DNA of 37,886 nucleotides. Source: Asterionella formosa (Eukaryota). Positions 33,903 through 37,886 of this stretch are shown one piece after another. The DNA lies in contig NKIB01015162.1 in the NCBI GenBank assembly GCA_002256025.1, positions 1-37,886 on the forward strand. Reading direction: 5' to 3'. The translations under genes were made by a program, and so were the position numbers. The notes under the pieces are model-generated. The model saw only the letters and a list, made by a program, of their open reading frames with translations, ran no database searches and was not told the DNA's origin. Positions within the stretch are counted from its first letter, which is position 1. The number at the start of each line of letters is the position of its first letter.

Positions 33903-34941
33903 GGTCTGCTTTGGTTGTTGTAAGTTATGCTTTGATTGAATTCACTTGACTAGTTGCGACGACGATGGGTTGATGACAATGATGACGAGATAATTGTTTA
34001 GAGACAGTCAAATATATCACAAGGGCAACCGCAATGATGTCGATTACAAAAGGGAGGGGAGTGTGTTCGATAGATGTCGCCGTCACCAAACAGCAACGAC
34101 GACGAAGAATCGGCCGTACAGGCCAATTGCATACCGGTACTATACAGCGGTACCAGATACCCCCTCTCAGATACAACTACCAGTACAGGTACCAGTACCA
34201 GGTACGCCACACTGCGGATGCGCGTGCGTGTTTACAGCGGTGTGATATCTTGTCTTACTGTGCCAGTACCGGTACATACCCGATATGAACACTACAAGAA
34301 CGATGCAGCCGATGATTGCGATCTTTCTCGGTAGGATCGTCATCGAACGTACAGTACTAACTACCTTCGCTCAAGAAAGTTACGTAGAATCTACGATATT
34401 TCCACGACACCGGACATCACTGACGTACTAGGATACCCCAATGTTGGCTGGCTGACATTGATACCGTTGATGCATGGTTGGAGGTATTGTGACCGTACGG
34501 TTAGTTGGCGTGATGTTGTCGCTTCCCAAAATGGTCGACGACGGCGTCGACGACGAAATCTCTATATACCGGTATGCGGTATGTACTATGCACTACTCTG
34601 CAATTGATTACAGTAGGTCTACCCGTACCAGGTACCAGATACTGTTACTCCCATCATGAGGTACTCCAGGTACCAGCTACCATACCAGGATACAGTTCAG
34701 CATCAATCGATGCTTGCACCCTTCAGCAATAGCTAACTGTTTTTTTATAAACAATAACTAAAACAGACACACTATACACCTTTTATTCCGCCCTGCCGAG
34801 CTATTACATATTTTGTTGTAGTGCGAGTTGAGTGCCATTCAAAGCAAAGAATCCAATATAATTTCATTTCATTGAACTATAGCTGCTACAAACCGTTTCT
34901 ATTACCGGCAGTCATTACAACAACAACAACAACAAAACATT
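33903..34941. promoter_or_regulatory. Putative bidirectional promoter region between fabB and fabH
   Basis: 1039-bp spacer between divergent ATGs. GGTACC/TACCAGG clusters lie at ~34130-34280 and ~34620-34690, TGACGT at 34421, and an (ACA)n run precedes the fabH ATG. Confidence 0.55.
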
Positions 34942-36369
34942 ATGAAGTTTTCTCTCGCCACCATCACGTCAAGTCTGCTCCTTGGTACTGCCCACGCAGC
35001 CTTTGGGACCAACACTCCCACATTCCAGCGCCGACGCCTCTCCTCGTGTTTGTCCGCCACGGCTGGATCGCTTGGCTGTCGTCCCATAGGAATTGGGTCG
35101 GCAACTCCTTCAACGATCATTTCCAACACTGATCTGGAAAGCATTGTCGAAACATCCGATGAATGGATTAAAACTAGAACAGGCATCGGGTCTCGACATG
35201 TACTGGTGGACAAGGAATCCATCAAGGATCTAGGCATACAAGCAGCGCAGCAAGCACTGACCATGTCTGGGATTGACCCCCTAGACGTTGATTTACTCCT
35301 TTGTGCCACGTCCTCTCCTGACGATCTATTTGGCGACGCCACATCGATTGCCGCCAGTATCGGATGTACCAACGCCATGGCATTTGACCTCACGGCAGCC
35401 TGTTCGGGATTCCTCTTTGGAATTGTCACGGCTGGACAATTTCTACACAATGGCAGAATGAAATATGCTGTAGTCGTTGGTGCCGATGCTCTTTCAAGAT
35501 GGGTGGATTGGGATGATCGGAATTCTTGTATCTTGTTTGGAGATGGAGCAGGTGCCATGGTCTTGTCAGCAGATGCTGAAACTCATGGTCTGTTGGGATA
35601 TTCAGCTCATTCCAATGGACTGGGCTATGAAAAATTGAAACTTGGGTAAGGCCTTACCTTTGTTGACACGTTTATACATTATTGTTGTTTGCTTGTAGTA
35701 CAGCACATGAAGAAGCGTTTTTATGTAACATTATCATACTCACAAATAACCCCTTTTTTCTTTTTTCCTCATCAACATTCATTGTGCGATTTATTTATTT
35801 TCGTTCCAAAGCTACTGTGGTAGCCCTCGTCTAGTTGCAACACCAGGCGAAGGAACAATCTTGTCGTCTGGAGAATATTCAAAAATTACCATGGATGGTA
35901 AAGAAGTTTACAAATTTGCAACAAGAGAAGTTCCCAGAGTACTGACAGAAGCTATGGAGGCTGCAGAGGGCATCAACTCTGTGGATGACATTGATTGGCT
36001 GTTGCTTCATCAAGTAAGTACAAGAAAATTTGTTTCAATGTTTTAGTTTGTTGCATTGTTGACCATAAATTGCACAACATGTCATTTGATGACCTATTAC
36101 TTACCAAATTTGATTCATGCAACTCTCGATAAATACAAACAAAACAGGCCAACATTCGCATTATGGAAACTGTTGCTGAACGATTGGGAATTCCCATGGA
36201 AAAGGTCATTACAAATTTGAGTGACTATGGTAATACAAGTGCTGCATCCATTCCTCTGGCACTTGACGAAGCCGTTCGATCTGGCAAGGTCAAGAAGGGT
36301 GATGTCATTGCATGCGCAGGATTTGGTGCTGGTCTGTCGTGGGGTGCAGCCATTTTGCGGTGGGGATAA
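34942..36369 (+). CDS. fabH: Plastid-targeted 3-oxoacyl-ACP synthase III, 3 exons (34942-35645, 35812-36013, 36148-36369), ~375 aa
   Basis: [14 protein letters not shown], catalytic triad in [19 protein letters not shown] and [10 protein letters not shown], plus [18 protein letters not shown] and GFGAGLSWG. Signal peptide is followed by 'AHA-AF'. GT-AG introns keep the frame. Confidence 0.96.
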
Positions 36370-37029
36370 AAAAGGGCGTTTTTGTTTCATTCAAAAATCA
36401 TGATACACATGGGTGCTATTTTTATGTAATTGTAGTACCATCAGGAACCAAAGGTGGCCAAAGTCAATGAAACTAGACTGATCCTTCTAACCACTATTAT
36501 AGTCAATACTAACGAAAGCAAGCCCCTAATAATAATGCTGCCTTTTAATACTGTCATGTTGTAGGTATTATTGATAGAGCATTGTACTAATCTTGTGTTT
36601 TATACTGATGCCAAACGAGTGTTGCAAGACTCGTTGGCATTACTTCACATCATAGTGCTTTTGGCTTGAAAATGCAGTCAAGTTGTGACAAGTGTGTCAA
36701 TGTCATGAAGGCTGTCTTTTGAACGAATGTGAGAGTGTTGGCATATACTGGATCATCTATTATACCAGCACGCACCTAAAAAAACCTGACATTTTTGATA
36801 CTTCTTAGTACCTAGGAGTAGAAAATAGATTTAGCAGTTTCATGTTTATGTTGTATGCATTAGCATATACAACTTAAATATACTGTTATATCTTGAATAC
36901 ATAGAATTATATTTTGTAAATAGACTTGAACGCTGAACAACTTATTATTATGCATCAGGAATAGCGATCCAAGCTTATAGCTATTTATAAAGCGTTGCAG
37001 TTTGGAGATCTTTACATCATGATTGAACA

Positions 37030-37886
37030 TCATTACTAAAGTCCTCGGAAATGCTGCTGGACAAATGCAATTAGACAATGATCAGCGACTTGAAGAATTT
37101 CGTTGAATCATGGAGGAGCATCCTCACTTGATCACGGTCAGGAATCACTTGGTATGGAGGTCTCCCTTTGTTGAGTCATGCATGTGCTAGAAATGCATCA
37201 TTAGAGGTGATTCAGTTTTTGGTGGCGCAATATGTCATGATCCTGAAGCCATCAAGAAAAATGGATGGCAGTGAAAGTCTCCTTTTGCATATAGCATGTT
37301 ATAAAGACACAAACCATTTGATTTTATTCAGTTCTTGGTGGAGCAATATCCTGAATCTACATATGAATTTATTCTGTTCTTGCTGAAGCAATGTTCAGAT
37401 CCCATGATCACACGCAAGGATCACAATCACGTTATTCAGTTTTTTCTGGTTCGATTCCTGCATTCTCCACTTTTATGTAGTCCCCCTTCTCAGGGGTGAG
37501 GCTGACAATGAGACATGTCCCTTTGTACCATATGGATGAATAAAACCTGTACTAATTGTTTCCATTCAATTGGGCACAAGTGCGATTATTGGATAGCTCA
37601 ACGTAGTACTACAAAATTCAATTTTTTGTGCTGGAGCTATCATGTCCTGATCTCATCAAGCTCAAGGATCAACAATGATACACCACTGGAGGTGATTCAG
37701 TTCTTGGCAGAGCAATTTCCTGAATTCATCAAGCAAGGTCAGGGACCACAATAATAATATCTTCCGTTGCACCATGCATATAAGTACCAAGTACCTCAGT
37801 AGTTGGTTCAGTTCATGGTGGAGCTAAATCCTGATGTGGTGACATTCACAGACTGCTTTGGAAATTTACCTTTGGTTGATGCAGCA
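37030..37886 (+). pseudogene. Degenerate ankyrin-like repeat gene, truncated by the window end
   Basis: Repeated fragments LSHACARNASLEVIQFLVAQY, LLHIACYK, FIQFLVEQYPES, TPLEVIQFLAEQFPE, LPLHHAYKY and LVQFMVELNPDVV...GNLPL lie in different frames and are interrupted by stops. Confidence 0.75.

Overview
Eukaryotic nuclear DNA, most likely from a diatom or related ochrophyte. The basis is short GT-AG introns, four genes with bipartite signal + ASAFAP-type plastid presequences, and a proteobacterial-type FabB. Bases 1-3860 hold a ~188-bp satellite array abutting a ~111-bp tandem repeat. Bases 3.9-9.6 kb are mostly degenerate or non-coding, with one hypothetical gene. The gene-dense core has an MRS2/CorA Mg2+ channel carrying a C-terminal EF-hand, a plastid EF-P with an Arg-tipped loop head-to-head with a plastid ABC-F, TTC27, a CRAL-TRIO protein, an NSUN2/Trm4-like m5C methyltransferase, a ~1840-aa disordered protein, and plastid FabB head-to-head with FabH. 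A decayed ankyrin-like gene runs off the right edge. Main leads: (1) two divergent pairs of functionally coupled plastid-targeted genes (EF-P/ABC-F and FabB/FabH); (2) the MRS2-EF-hand fusion; (3) introns at the same Walker-B position in both ABC domains; (4) a (TACCAGG)n/GGTACC motif clustered upstream of most genes. Exon boundaries were read by eye and no database searches were run.
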